64,000 nucleotides of DNA from Spirochaetaceae bacterium (GCA_007693325.1 REDW01000090.1:32504-96503); one strand, 5' to 3'. Positions 9,159 to 19,168 are shown, counted from the stretch's first letter. Notes: generated by a model not told the origin, from the letters alone. Program-made: numbers and translations.

Positions 9159-9903
9159 TGTATCCGGGCAACAGCGAGGCTGAGCTCTTGTCCAGGAAAA
9201 CGTGGCTGTCGCGGTGCTCCTTGAGCACCGAAGCAGGGTAGGCCGGAGAGATCTCGCCGCCGGGGTCCAGGCAGTTGCGGACAGCTTCAGCCTTGCGTTT
9301 GTCGGGAACCACGCAGATGATCGAGCGACTCTTGAGTATCTGCTGAATCGACATCGTAAACGCCTTTGCCGGAACATCATCCAGCGACGCAAACCATCCC
9401 TCGCCGACCTGCTGCAATCGGCAACGTTCCTCCAGTTCGACCACGATATACGGCTCTTCGGTCCGGAAGTTCGCCGGAGGGTCGTTGAACGCGAGGTGTC
9501 CGTTCTCGCCTATTCCCAGGAAGGCGACATCTATCTCGTCTGTCTGAATCAAACCGGAAATCCGATGGCGTTCGGCTTCTACGTCTTTAGCTCCACCGTC
9601 TATCAGGTGTGCGGCCGCCGGGTGAACCCGGTTGACTATCCTGCTCTCGATGTAGCCGGCAAAACTTGCGCGGTGAGACTTCTCTATCCCAACGTACTCG
9701 TCGAGGTGAAAGATCTCGATTCTGTGCCAGTCGATGTCATCCCGACTGCACAGCAGGTCAAGAAACTGCAGTTGTGAGTTTCCGGTAGCCGCTATGACGC
9801 GCACGCGCTGCCTGGCCTCCAGGGCGTTTCGTAGCAGCTGTGCTGCCTTTTCGGCTGCGGCTGCCGCCATCTGCTGTTGACTCTCAAGTACCTGTATTTC
9901 CAT
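9124..9903 (-). CDS. glucosamine-6-phosphate deaminase / 6-phosphogluconolactonase family protein (NagB-like)
   Basis: NagB-family pattern: ATGNSQLQF, FHLDEYVG, LGIGENGHLAFNDP. Confidence 0.8.
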   Translation of the reverse strand: MEIQVLESQQQMAAAAAEKAAQLLRNALEARQRVRVIAATGNSQLQFLDLLCSRDDIDWHRIEIFHLDEYVGIEKSHRASFAGYIESRIVNRVHPAAAHLIDGGAKDVEAERHRISGLIQTDEIDVAFLGIGENGHLAFNDPPANFRTEEPYIVVELEERCRLQQVGEGWFASLDDVPAKAFTMSIQQILKSRSIICVVPDKRKAEAVRNCLDPGGEISPAYPASVLKEHRDSHVFLDKSSASLLPGYNDRPQSTAGVR

Positions 9904-9934
9904 TGTGCATTCCTCCCGATTGTCTGGTTGGCCT

Positions 9935-10984
9935 TTAGACTATGCTAACCGTACGCCCCTCGCGATTCGATTGATAAATTGCGTCTACAATCCGCAGCAC
10001 CGCCAGGCCGGCTTCTGCGGTTGTTGCCGGAACCTGCGCGCTGTTGTTCCGAATACACGACAGAAAATGCGTCAATTCATCCCTATAGCCGAGAGATTCA
10101 TTCTCGTTGACCGCCGGGCGGGTCCAGCCCTGGGTGAACTCGGCTTTTTCAACTGCGTACGCGATGCCCGGTTTGGAGAAAACCGACAACGGACTACCGA
10201 AGGTCAGGTCAACCTTGACAACACCTTCGCTACCGTAGACCTCGATTCGATCATCCATCCCGCCGCTGGTGATATAGTTGCCTTCCACCACGGCTCTCTG
10301 TCCGCCGGGGTAGTGCAGTACGGCAAGGCCCCAGTCCTCGCCTTCAAAATCCGTGTGGATGAAATTACCGTCGAGACCACCGTTGCAGCAGCCGGTAACG
10401 CGCTCGGGCATGCCCATAAGGTGGTAGAAATAACCAATCGGATGGATGCCCACGTGAATCATCGATCCTCCACCGCAGTATTCTATAGTCCTGGCGTAGG
10501 GCGAATGCGACCCGTTGTGGCACTCCTTGCCTTTCAGAAACAGCGGACGGCCAATCCCGCCTTCCTTGATGATCTGTTCTGCGCGTACCAGTGCCGGTGC
10601 AAAGATCCAGTCTTCCGCGTAGAAGTAACGTGCCCCGGTTCTCTGCTGCGCCTTCAATACCAGCTCGGCGTCGGCAAGCGTTGTTGCAAACGGCTTCTCA
10701 CAGATTACGTGCTTGCCGGCTTCCATGGCAGCCACTGCCATGCGGGCGTGCAGGAAATTCGGTACGCACAGGTCTACCACCTGGACCTCAGAGTCCATCA
10801 GCAGACCGTCCAGATCGGTGTAGGTCCGCATTGGACCGTAGTCGGCGTTGAACGCTTCGCACGCATCTGGAGACAGATCGGCAATTGCAACTACCTGCGC
10901 CTCGGCCAGTGTTCTCCAGATCTGGGCGTGAAAGCGGCCCGCAAACTGGGCGCCAACGATTCCGACTCCTGTCCGTTCACTCAT
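9935..10984 (-). CDS. Gfo/Idh/MocA family oxidoreductase
   Basis: N-terminal GIVGAQFAGRFH Rossmann motif and EKP motif (VICEKPFA). Confidence 0.85.
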   Translation of the reverse strand: MSERTGVGIVGAQFAGRFHAQIWRTLAEAQVVAIADLSPDACEAFNADYGPMRTYTDLDGLLMDSEVQVVDLCVPNFLHARMAVAAMEAGKHVICEKPFATTLADAELVLKAQQRTGARYFYAEDWIFAPALVRAEQIIKEGGIGRPLFLKGKECHNGSHSPYARTIEYCGGGSMIHVGIHPIGYFYHLMGMPERVTGCCNGGLDGNFIHTDFEGEDWGLAVLHYPGGQRAVVEGNYITSGGMDDRIEVYGSEGVVKVDLTFGSPLSVFSKPGIAYAVEKAEFTQGWTRPAVNENESLGYRDELTHFLSCIRNNSAQVPATTAEAGLAVLRIVDAIYQSNREGRTVSIV

Positions 10985-10988
10985 CTTG

Positions 10989-12230
10989 CTACTCCCTTGT
11001 GGGCATATTCGATGCCGGCCGTTCGATCATGCTGATAGCGCCTCTGGGGCACACATCGATACACGTCGAGCACGCCAGGCACAGCTCGGGATCAACCACG
11101 GTGGTTCCCTCGTTGTGGTGGATCGCATTGCAGTGGCCGATCTTCCAGCACATCCCGCAGCTGGTGCACACGGCCGGGTCAACCTGCGCGTACCCGTCGT
11201 GCAGCGTCAGCCCCTGTGCCGAGGTAATGTTCTGATGCAGCAGGTCACGCATATCACCAATCGTCTTGTACTGCATGTCGCGCATATAGTTGGTCAGCTT
11301 ATCCAGCAGCCGCGGCAGCCAGTCAAATCCGCGAATCATGGTTTCGGTACAGATCCACACGGCATCTGAGCCGACCATTATCTGCTGTACCGCGCTCTGC
11401 AGGTCCGATACGCCACCCGAGCCAATGATGAACGCGTCCGGCCCGAGATGGTGCCGCATCTGGTAGGTGTCGCGCAGAGCAAGCGGGCGCAGCCACGGGC
11501 CGGAGATGCAACCGAGGGTAATCTGGTCCTGCAGACGGTAGACCGGATCCAGCGGTCTGGTGATGTCGATATCGGGAATACCGAGGCGGTTACCCGAGTG
11601 GCCCACCGCTGTTGCGCCGGCGTCCAGCGCCACTCGGCCGGCAGCGGCGAGCTGGTTTCCCTCGGGGCTGAACTTGACAATCACCGGTACCGTAACCGAT
11701 TCGGTGACAAAGCGGACCGCTGTGGGCAGGTTGGTCAAATCGTTGCCGAGGCTCGCACCGGTGCTCTTATCAGTGGAGGTACCTGTACTCGATAGATTGA
11801 ACGACATATTCGGGCAGCACATGTTGAGTTCCACGGCGTGGGCTCCGGCATCCTGGAAACGCCGTGCGAGCCGGCCCCAGCCCTCGTAGTCCTGGCCGTC
11901 GTAGGTGATGGTAGGGATGATAGCGAAGTCTTGCACCGCGCTGCGCGCTTGCTCGACAACGCTGAGCGCCTCGTCGGCAGTCAGCCGCTTTTCAGCCGTG
12001 AATATGTGGATCTTCTCTTTCTTGAGCCAGCGATAGCGCGGCGGGAAGCTCAGATACGGGACCGGATCGATTGCAAGCTTGATAGAAGCGCCTGCCCAGC
12101 CGTTGTCTGCGGCCATCCGCATCTGGTCGACGTTCTTCACGGTGGGGCCGGACCCCACCAGAAAGGGATTGCGCAGGCTAAGCGAACCCAGTTGCACGTT
12201 CAGATCGGCACTGCTGCTACTCACGTTCAC
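10989..12230 (-). CDS. dihydroorotate/dihydropyrimidine dehydrogenase-like flavoprotein with C-terminal 2x[4Fe-4S] ferredoxin domain (PreA-like)
   Basis: DHOD/DPD TIM-barrel pattern (LRNPFLVGSGP, ELNMCCPN, VIVKFSP, GSGGV) plus CTSCGMCWKIGHC and CLACSTCIDVCP clusters. Its start overlaps the livF-like stop as ATGA. Confidence 0.75.
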   Translation of the reverse strand: MNVSSSSADLNVQLGSLSLRNPFLVGSGPTVKNVDQMRMAADNGWAGASIKLAIDPVPYLSFPPRYRWLKKEKIHIFTAEKRLTADEALSVVEQARSAVQDFAIIPTITYDGQDYEGWGRLARRFQDAGAHAVELNMCCPNMSFNLSSTGTSTDKSTGASLGNDLTNLPTAVRFVTESVTVPVIVKFSPEGNQLAAAGRVALDAGATAVGHSGNRLGIPDIDITRPLDPVYRLQDQITLGCISGPWLRPLALRDTYQMRHHLGPDAFIIGSGGVSDLQSAVQQIMVGSDAVWICTETMIRGFDWLPRLLDKLTNYMRDMQYKTIGDMRDLLHQNITSAQGLTLHDGYAQVDPAVCTSCGMCWKIGHCNAIHHNEGTTVVDPELCLACSTCIDVCPRGAISMIERPASNMPTRE

Positions 12231-12934
12231 TCCGCACTGCCCAGGTAGGCTCGCTTGACTACCGGATCGCCTGCAAGCTCTTTGCCGGGCCCTTCCGCTA
12301 CTACGCGTCCGGTCTCCAGGACATAGGCGTAATCTGAAATTGAAAGCGACTTGACCGCGTTCTGTTCAACCAGCAGGATGGTCAGTCCCTCCTGGTGCAG
12401 CTCCTGGATGAGGCGGAATATCTCCAGGCTGAGCTTGGGCGCAAGCCCCAGCGACGGCTCGTCCAGCAGGAGTAACCTGGGGTTGGACATCAGGGCGCGC
12501 GCAATTGCCAGCATCTGCTGCTCACCGCCGGACAGCGTACCGCCGGGCTGATTCTTGCGCTGCTCGAGCACCGGGAACAATCGGTATGCTCGCTCCATAT
12601 TCTCTTCCTGAACCGCCCTGTCCTTGACGCTGTAGGCCCCCATGATGAGGTTCTCCCTGACCGATATCGATGGGAAAATCCTGCGGCCCTCGGGAACCTG
12701 AACGATGCCCTTGCGCACAATCCGCTGCGGAGAGGAATCCATCGGCTGTCCGTGGAACAGGATTTCTCCTTCGGCTCGCTTCACCATGCCGCTGATGGCG
12801 TTGATGGTGGTGGACTTGCCTGCACCGTTGGCGCCCACCATTGCCACGATGCGCCCCTCGGCTATGGTCAGGCTGATCCCGTGAAGCGCTGTGATCCCGC
12901 CGTAGCGCACGGTAAGGTTGCGCACCTCTAACAT
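12227..12934 (-). CDS. livF: branched-chain-amino-acid-type (HAAT family) ABC transporter ATP-binding protein
   Basis: Walker A GANGAGKST, signature LSGGEQQML, Walker B LLLLDEPS. Confidence 0.9.
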   Translation of the reverse strand: MLEVRNLTVRYGGITALHGISLTIAEGRIVAMVGANGAGKSTTINAISGMVKRAEGEILFHGQPMDSSPQRIVRKGIVQVPEGRRIFPSISVRENLIMGAYSVKDRAVQEENMERAYRLFPVLEQRKNQPGGTLSGGEQQMLAIARALMSNPRLLLLDEPSLGLAPKLSLEIFRLIQELHQEGLTILLVEQNAVKSLSISDYAYVLETGRVVAEGPGKELAGDPVVKRAYLGSAE

Positions 12935-13701
12935 ACTTCCCCCATATCCCCCAGGTACGCCTGCAGCACCTTCTCGTTGCGGGTGATCTCCTGCGGGGTT
13001 CCCTCGGCAATCTTTCTTCCGAAGTCCATCACGTGGATCCTGGAGCAGATATTCATGACCAGCTCCATATGATGCTCCACCACAATGACCGAGAGCTTCC
13101 TTTCACGGTGGATGTGCTCGATGGTCTTCATGAGCTCGCGAATCTCTGCCGGATTGAGGCCGGCGGCGGGCTCGTCGAGCAGCAGCAGCTTTGGCGCGGA
13201 CATCAGCGCCCTGGCGAGTTCCAGGCGCCGGCGCAGACCGTACGCCAGGTTCTTCGGTTTCTGCTCGGCATGCGCCTCCAGTCCCAGGAAGGAGAGCTGC
13301 TCTCTGGCGCGTTCCTCAATCAGCTTCTCCTCACGGCGCACGCGCGGTGTGCTCAGCAGCTCATCAAAGACGCGGTATCCGAGCTGACTTGTGTAGGCAA
13401 TTTTGACGTTGTCGATAACCGACAGGCCGTCAAACAGGCGGATGTTCTGAAACGTCCGCGAGACACCGAGAGCCTGTATCTTGTGTGACGGAAACCGGGT
13501 GATGTTGGTGCCGGCGAAATGGAGCTGACCCTTGTCCACTTCCTGAACACCCGAGATCAGGTTGAAAGTGGTTGTCTTGCCTGCACCATTGGGACCGATG
13601 ATGGCACTGATTTCTGCGTCATCCTGGCTCAATGAGAAATCTGCCACGGCCGCCACCCCACCGAAATTCTTGGAAATTGCCTCTATGCGCAACAGTTCCA
13701 T
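12928..13701 (-). CDS. livG: HAAT-family ABC transporter ATP-binding protein
   Basis: Walker A GPNGAGKTT, Walker B LLLLDEPAAGLNP. I chose the MELLRIE start at 13701, just after the upstream permease stop. Confidence 0.9.
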   Translation of the reverse strand: MELLRIEAISKNFGGVAAVADFSLSQDDAEISAIIGPNGAGKTTTFNLISGVQEVDKGQLHFAGTNITRFPSHKIQALGVSRTFQNIRLFDGLSVIDNVKIAYTSQLGYRVFDELLSTPRVRREEKLIEERAREQLSFLGLEAHAEQKPKNLAYGLRRRLELARALMSAPKLLLLDEPAAGLNPAEIRELMKTIEHIHRERKLSVIVVEHHMELVMNICSRIHVMDFGRKIAEGTPQEITRNEKVLQAYLGDMGEVC

Positions 13702-13703
13702 TT

Positions 13704-14573
13704 TCACGCTCCCTGTTTGCCGCTTCGCTTGCGTCCAAGCACCGACTTGATCCACGCCGGCGAGAACTCCCAGTTTCCAAACAGTCCCTGGGTGCGAAAC
13801 ACAATCACCAGGATCACCAGGACCCCGAGCAGAACGTCACGCCAGACGTGAGCAAAACGAAACAGCTCTCCGAAGCTGTAGTAGAAGATTCCCGTAATCA
13901 GTGCACCGGTGACGCTGTTGATGCCCCCCACAAAAATGATGACGATCAACTTGGCCGATTCCAGCCAGTTGAACAGATTGGGCTCTATGAAGGACATGTT
14001 GAAGGCCAGTAGCGCCCCTCCGTAGGACGCAATCGCTGCGGATAACAGGAAGACTTTGATCTTGTGGGCGTAGACGTTGACCCCCATCGCCTGGGCGGCC
14101 AGCTCATCGTCACGGATGGCGATGCACGTTCTGCCAAACGCCGTCTTTTTCAGGTTGGCAACAAACACCACCACCACCAGAGTTGATACGCCTATCAGCG
14201 GCAGTTCGGCGGCATACGGGATTCCCGCCAGGCCCATGGCCCCGCCGGTCAATTGGGCTGTCCATAGCAGCAGCGCCCGCACCATCTCGCCAAATCCAAA
14301 CGTAACCAGCAGAAAGTAGTCGCGACGCAGTTTGAGGGTCGGTGCGCCGATGATCAGTCCTCCGATCATTCCCACAACAACAGCGAGGACCATGGCGAGC
14401 CAGATCGGCAGGCCAAAGCGGGTGGTGGCCAGGCCGGCGGTGTAGGCGCCCAGGGTGATGAATGCTCCGTGTCCAAGCGAGAACAGTCCGGTCAGGCCGC
14501 TGAGCATGTAGACCGAGAGCACAAACATGGTGAACAGCAGCGTAGTCTCCAGGACCTTGGCGTAGAAAATCAT
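13704..14573 (-). CDS. livM: HAAT-family ABC transporter permease
   Basis: Polytopic LivM-like permease. AGGAG RBS lies upstream of the ATG at 14573. The longer track ORF would overlap livH. Confidence 0.85.
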   Translation of the reverse strand: MIFYAKVLETTLLFTMFVLSVYMLSGLTGLFSLGHGAFITLGAYTAGLATTRFGLPIWLAMVLAVVVGMIGGLIIGAPTLKLRRDYFLLVTFGFGEMVRALLLWTAQLTGGAMGLAGIPYAAELPLIGVSTLVVVVFVANLKKTAFGRTCIAIRDDELAAQAMGVNVYAHKIKVFLLSAAIASYGGALLAFNMSFIEPNLFNWLESAKLIVIIFVGGINSVTGALITGIFYYSFGELFRFAHVWRDVLLGVLVILVIVFRTQGLFGNWEFSPAWIKSVLGRKRSGKQGA

Positions 14574-14583
14574 GGCCGCTCCT

Positions 14584-15468
14584 TTATGCCTTGACCGTGT
14601 ACGGCTTGCCGGCAATTCCCCGCGGCCGGACCAGCAGAAGCAGGACAATGCCGAGGTAGATGATAATTGGTGTTACCGACGAGCCGACTTCGGCTATCAG
14701 CAGCGCCTCCACCACTCCCAGCAGTATTCCTGCAATGACGCCACCCGCCAGACTTCCCATGCCGCCGATGATCGCCGCAATGATGCCCTTGATCATCATC
14801 GAGCCGATAAAGGGCGTAACAGTGTAGGTCATTCCGAGGAAGAATCCGGTTATTCCGGCCAGCATTCCCGCAATCAGGAACGTGATCCCGGTTACCACGT
14901 CGGTATTGACCCCCATCAGCGGCGGGGTATAGATGTCACTCGAGGCAGCGCGAATTGCGATCCCAAGCTTGGTTGCTCTGAGAAACAGCGTCAGCGCGAT
15001 GAGTACAACCGCCGAGATGACCAGCATCAGAAGATAGGTCCGCGAGACAATCAGACCCGAGATATTGAAGGCGGTTCGCTCAAAGAAGTCCGGATAGGAG
15101 AAGTAGTGTGCACCCCACATGGCGGAGAAAAACTGCTGCACGATCATGGCCACCGTGATCGAATTCACAAAGAAGTAGGTCAAAGGTTTTCCAGCGATGC
15201 GAATCGGGCGGAATACCAGTCGCTCAACCAGCAACCCTGCCAGACCGCCAATCAGCGTGGTAGCTGCGAGAGCCAGCCAGAAGTCGCTGATGAGATTGCG
15301 CGAGAGGTAGTAGCCCGCGTAGGCGGTGATGGCAACTACGCCGCCGTGCGAAAAGTTGGAGAACTTGAGCACATTGAATACGATGCCGAAGCCTACCGCC
15401 ATAACGGCGTAGACCCCGCCGAGCGAAATACCGTTGATCAGTTGCTGAACGAAGATACTCGATCCCAT
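14584..15468 (-). CDS. livH: HAAT-family ABC transporter permease
   Basis: Typical LivH-type N-terminus (QQLINGISLGGVYAVMAVGF) and a polytopic profile. Confidence 0.9.
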   Translation of the reverse strand: MGSSIFVQQLINGISLGGVYAVMAVGFGIVFNVLKFSNFSHGGVVAITAYAGYYLSRNLISDFWLALAATTLIGGLAGLLVERLVFRPIRIAGKPLTYFFVNSITVAMIVQQFFSAMWGAHYFSYPDFFERTAFNISGLIVSRTYLLMLVISAVVLIALTLFLRATKLGIAIRAASSDIYTPPLMGVNTDVVTGITFLIAGMLAGITGFFLGMTYTVTPFIGSMMIKGIIAAIIGGMGSLAGGVIAGILLGVVEALLIAEVGSSVTPIIIYLGIVLLLLVRPRGIAGKPYTVKA

Positions 15469-15539
15469 ATCACGCCTTCCCTTGCACGCGGGTCTGTGGT
15501 CGCTGATTACCCTGATGAAGCGAAGCAGGCAGATTGTGC

Positions 15540-15567
15540 TTGCATTATTATCAGGTTGTGATATTAT
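15540..15567 (+). promoter_or_regulatory. sigma70-like promoter TTGCAT-N16-TATTAT for the binding-protein gene
   Basis: AT-rich patch in the divergent livH/SBP spacer. It is followed by the inverted repeat GTTCAA-N7-TTGAAC (15586-15604). Confidence 0.4.
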
Positions 15568-15624
15568 AGGCTAGGTTCACGCATAGTTCAACCGTTTCTT
15601 GAACAATTCCAAGGAGGCTTTCTG

Positions 15625-16821
15625 ATGAAGACAATGATGCGCTCTGCAGCAATAACCGCTGCGCTGGTACTTGCATCCGCCGCGATGCTGTTTGCCGCCG
15701 GCCAGGCCGAAGAGGCTACTGACCGCCCGGTTCGAGTGGGATTTTACGCTGATCTCAGCGCAGGCACCGCGCAGTGGGGGACCGATGCCGAGAAGGGTGC
15801 CCGGCTCAAAGTGAAGGAGATCAACGAGGCCGGAGGCGTCCTCGGTGGCCGCCCGGTGGAGCTGATTGTGTACGATATCGAGATGAGTCCGACCGAAGCG
15901 GTGCGCGCGTACACACGCCTTGCACAAGAGGATCGCGTTGCTGCGGTCAACGGCTCACTGCTCTCCAATACGGCGCTGGCGGTTTCTCCGGTTGCCCAGC
16001 GCCTCCGGGTTCCGGTTGTTTCGCGGGCAATGGACGAACGCGCAACCACTCCGGACTTCGATGCTGAGAATCCCGATCGTGACATTCCGGTCAACCCCTA
16101 CTTCTTCCTGACCCAGCCGTCCGCGTTTCAACAGGCTGCGATCATCGCCAGCTACGCGATGCACGAACTGGGGATGGAGTCCTTTGCCATGCTCTACACG
16201 CCGTCCAATTCCTACTCGCTCTATCTGGCGCGTGGATTTGAACACTACGTTGAGAATAACGGCGGCCAGATGCTCGGCAACTTTGAGTTCCAGGCTGGAG
16301 ACATGGATTACCGTTCGCAGCTTACCCGCATTCGCGAGCTGAACCCCGAAGGGCTGTTCATTCCCAACTACGTGACTGAGAACGCCAATGCGGTCCGTCA
16401 GGCGCGCGAGATCGGCGTGGATGCGCGGTTCCTTGGCAACAACTCATGGTACAAGCCGATGGACGAGGTTGCCGGTGTTGCGGCTGACGGGTCCTATTTC
16501 CCCAACAACATCACCTTTGACGATCCAAAACTGCAGGATTTCTTTGCGCGCTATCGCGCTGAGTTCGGCGCTGACCCGCGGCTGCATTCGTTCTCCGGCT
16601 ACGATGATGTCGGTTTGATCATCGATGCCATCGAGCGCGCCGGTTCGGACAATCCCCAGGACGTGCAGGCCGCGCTGTCCGACGGTACGCCCTACGAGGG
16701 AGTGGTCACAACCATCGAGATCGATCCTTCCACCCATCGGGCGGTCGACATCCCGCTGTCGATCCTCAGGTTCGAAGGCGACGAGATCAAGACGGTCGAG
16801 TTTGCTTACTTTGCCGAGTAG
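15625..16821 (+). CDS. ABC transporter substrate-binding protein (LivJ/K-type, type I periplasmic binding fold)
   Basis: Signal peptide and Peripla_BP_6-like pattern. AAGGAGG RBS is present. The gene is transcribed divergently from the livHMGF-type operon. Confidence 0.9.
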   Translation: MKTMMRSAAITAALVLASAAMLFAAGQAEEATDRPVRVGFYADLSAGTAQWGTDAEKGARLKVKEINEAGGVLGGRPVELIVYDIEMSPTEAVRAYTRLAQEDRVAAVNGSLLSNTALAVSPVAQRLRVPVVSRAMDERATTPDFDAENPDRDIPVNPYFFLTQPSAFQQAAIIASYAMHELGMESFAMLYTPSNSYSLYLARGFEHYVENNGGQMLGNFEFQAGDMDYRSQLTRIRELNPEGLFIPNYVTENANAVRQAREIGVDARFLGNNSWYKPMDEVAGVAADGSYFPNNITFDDPKLQDFFARYRAEFGADPRLHSFSGYDDVGLIIDAIERAGSDNPQDVQAALSDGTPYEGVVTTIEIDPSTHRAVDIPLSILRFEGDEIKTVEFAYFAE

Positions 16822-16861
16822 TGCCCGCGTTGGGTGCTGACATCCGGTCCTGACACATCGT

Positions 16862-16906
16862 CCGCTTCGGGCCAGCGCGTCAGCGGTGGTCCGAAGCGGT
16901 TCTTTT
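16862..16906 (+). terminator. rho-independent terminator after the binding-protein gene
   Basis: CCGCTTCGG ... CCGAAGCGG stem, extendable by 3-4 further pairs, followed by TTCTTTT. Confidence 0.6.
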
Positions 16907-18281
16907 ACAGCTTCCTCACAAAGGCGTCGGCCAGACGCTCCAGTTCTCTCTGCTGTTCATCGCTCATTCCGGACTGCGGATCTCCGTCGGCAAGCTGTTG
17001 AGCCTTCTTCTCGGCGGTGTCGGCCGCGGCTGGGCAGCCCTGCGCCAGCCAATCCAGGCGGCGCCGGCGGAACAGCACGGTTGGTTCAAACAGTTCCGAG
17101 CGGAAGTGCTGCATCGTGTGGGGATGCTCGAGGAATGAACCGGCGATGCCGGTTTCCCGGACTATATCGATTGCCAGTGTTTCATCGCTGACTTCCATTC
17201 CGCGAAGGTAGCGCCGGGTGAAGGCGATCATCTCGTCGTCCAGTACGGCCTGCGCGGGTGAGACAGTCATTTCTGATTCCAGCTGGCCGACTGACCACAC
17301 AACCGACACGCGCTCGCGCAGGTGGGTGGCAAATCCAAACATCTTCTCCAGCGCCGCCTGCGAATCCGGCAGCATGGATTCGGTGGACACCCAGCTGCTC
17401 GACGGAATAGCGTACAATCGTCCAAGCTCGGCGGCGGCGCCGGCGTAGAGCGCGTTCTCCGGGCCACCGGTGACCGCGATTGCTGTGCGCATGTCGAAGG
17501 TGTGGGCAAGACCCAGGTTGAAGATACAGGGCCGGCCGGGCTCCAGCAGCTGGTTTACCACAATGCCGGCCAGGATCTCCGCGGTGCCAACCGCACACGA
17601 CCCGGCCAGAGTAACCGGACCTGAGACGCCGGCCATCGGCTCTCCGTTTACCGTAACCGGGATTCCGGCGCCGGCGGTCTTGCGGAATATCTCCAGGGCC
17701 AGATTGGTCCAGCGCAGCGGCCCGTGCGCCGTGAAACCGATACTGAACCACGGGAAGTTACCAACAACAGCCTTCATTCTGGTCATCACTTCTGCACCTT
17801 CGGGGGAGAAGCAGAACACCCGGATGTGCTTGGTCGAGTTGGCGCTGATTATCTTGAGACCGACAACGTCGCGCGCTTTTGGCGGGACATCGTCCATCGC
17901 GTAGCTGAATATTCCATCCACATTCGGCAGACGGTGCAACAGCCGCGCCCATCGCGGCAGATCGGCCGACGTAAACGGCCGCGCCGCTCCGTTTTCGTAG
18001 ATGTTCATCCCCGGAACCGACCATATTGCGCTTTCTCCGTCCGGCGATACTGTCTTTCCGCCACCGAAACGGTCGGCAAGCGTGAAGCTTGACGGACAGC
18101 GCGAGAGGGCGTCTTCCACCAGCGGCCGCGGAAATCGAATGACGTTAGTGCCGTTGCCCTCGCGGGCGCCGTGTGACAGGAGCATAGTGCAGATTTCGTC
18201 GTGTTCCATGCGCACCCCCGGCTCCTGTAGCAGAGCCAGAGCTGCCTCGTTGATTTGCTCGACATCAATATTCATCGTCAT
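16905..18281 (-). CDS. trimethylamine methyltransferase (MttB) superfamily protein, non-pyrrolysine type
   Basis: MttB/COG5598-like sequence along its full length with an uninterrupted ORF and no in-frame TAG. The ATG at 18275 has better RBS spacing (AGGAG + 6 nt) than the ATG at 18281. Confidence 0.8.
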   Translation of the reverse strand: MTMNIDVEQINEAALALLQEPGVRMEHDEICTMLLSHGAREGNGTNVIRFPRPLVEDALSRCPSSFTLADRFGGGKTVSPDGESAIWSVPGMNIYENGAARPFTSADLPRWARLLHRLPNVDGIFSYAMDDVPPKARDVVGLKIISANSTKHIRVFCFSPEGAEVMTRMKAVVGNFPWFSIGFTAHGPLRWTNLALEIFRKTAGAGIPVTVNGEPMAGVSGPVTLAGSCAVGTAEILAGIVVNQLLEPGRPCIFNLGLAHTFDMRTAIAVTGGPENALYAGAAAELGRLYAIPSSSWVSTESMLPDSQAALEKMFGFATHLRERVSVVWSVGQLESEMTVSPAQAVLDDEMIAFTRRYLRGMEVSDETLAIDIVRETGIAGSFLEHPHTMQHFRSELFEPTVLFRRRRLDWLAQGCPAAADTAEKKAQQLADGDPQSGMSDEQQRELERLADAFVRKL

Positions 18282-18292
18282 CTCCTGTCCTG

Positions 18293-19168
18293 TCAGCCGA
18301 ACTCAGGGCCGGTCATCGCAAAAAGTACGTTGTGTCTGCCTTGAAGCGCCGGCCGGGTATCTGCCATGCGGGTGAAGGATCGCTGTTCACGGAATCCAAT
18401 CGACCTTAACCAGTTGAGATACTCGGTCTGTTGGTCAAAGACATCAACAAAAACCGGCTGACCGTTGGTAACCGCGAGTGCTGCCTCGGTCAGGCGCATG
18501 GCCGTTGCCGCACTGCCTGCGTATAGCGGGCCCAGCTGGTAGGCGGCGCGTCCGTGCCTCAGCAGCAGAAAGGAACTATCGTCCTGGGCATCGGTCAGCA
18601 TGACATTGCGCTTCTGTTGCCAGAGTGCGTGGATCAGCCACCTGCGGTCCAACCCCAGCACCGCGGCATCGAGCTCTGCGGCTGACTCGGCGCCGTCAGG
18701 AGCAACCGGTTGTATGCCGGCTATCTCGGTTCTTACGTTCAGCCGCGGCGCAGATCGAAGCTCCAGACGGCGCAGCACCATGAGCGGAGAGAACCCGTGT
18801 TGCCGGTATATCGGCAGGCCCAGCTCTGTTGCGTCAAGCGCCGTTACTCGAGCAGATTGGCGTGCCGCATCCAGCGCCGAGACAAACAGTTGAGTGCCAA
18901 GCCCGTGCCCGCGGAACTCCTGCAGGGTGAGCAACATGGCGAGCCAGGCAACGTCCCCATACTGCAGAGTCACAATCGAGGCCACGAGCCGGCCTTCCCT
19001 GGAGCGCCGTCCGACTCCGCTGCCGTGCTGCAGCATTACGTGCCAGTCATCGCCGCTCTGATTCCACCCCGCCGCCGCCGAGAGCGCCAGAGCCTCCTGC
19101 GAATGTTCAGGCAGCAATGTGACCGCACGAAAGGCGGGCGTGCCCGCCGATTCCGAAGAGTGCTTCAT
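18293..19168 (-). CDS. GNAT family N-acetyltransferase (two-domain)
   Basis: Acetyl-CoA motif region (FRGHGLGTQLF) plus a C-terminal extension domain. It lies 11 nt upstream of the MttB-like gene. Confidence 0.7.
   Translation of the reverse strand: MKHSSESAGTPAFRAVTLLPEHSQEALALSAAAGWNQSGDDWHVMLQHGSGVGRRSREGRLVASIVTLQYGDVAWLAMLLTLQEFRGHGLGTQLFVSALDAARQSARVTALDATELGLPIYRQHGFSPLMVLRRLELRSAPRLNVRTEIAGIQPVAPDGAESAAELDAAVLGLDRRWLIHALWQQKRNVMLTDAQDDSSFLLLRHGRAAYQLGPLYAGSAATAMRLTEAALAVTNGQPVFVDVFDQQTEYLNWLRSIGFREQRSFTRMADTRPALQGRHNVLFAMTGPEFG

Noticed and set aside
16905-18281. Pyrrolysine (in-frame UAG) in the MttB-family gene
   Set aside because: The ORF is uninterrupted over 458 codons with no in-frame TAG, and no pyl genes are present in the window. 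It is therefore a non-Pyl member of the superfamily.
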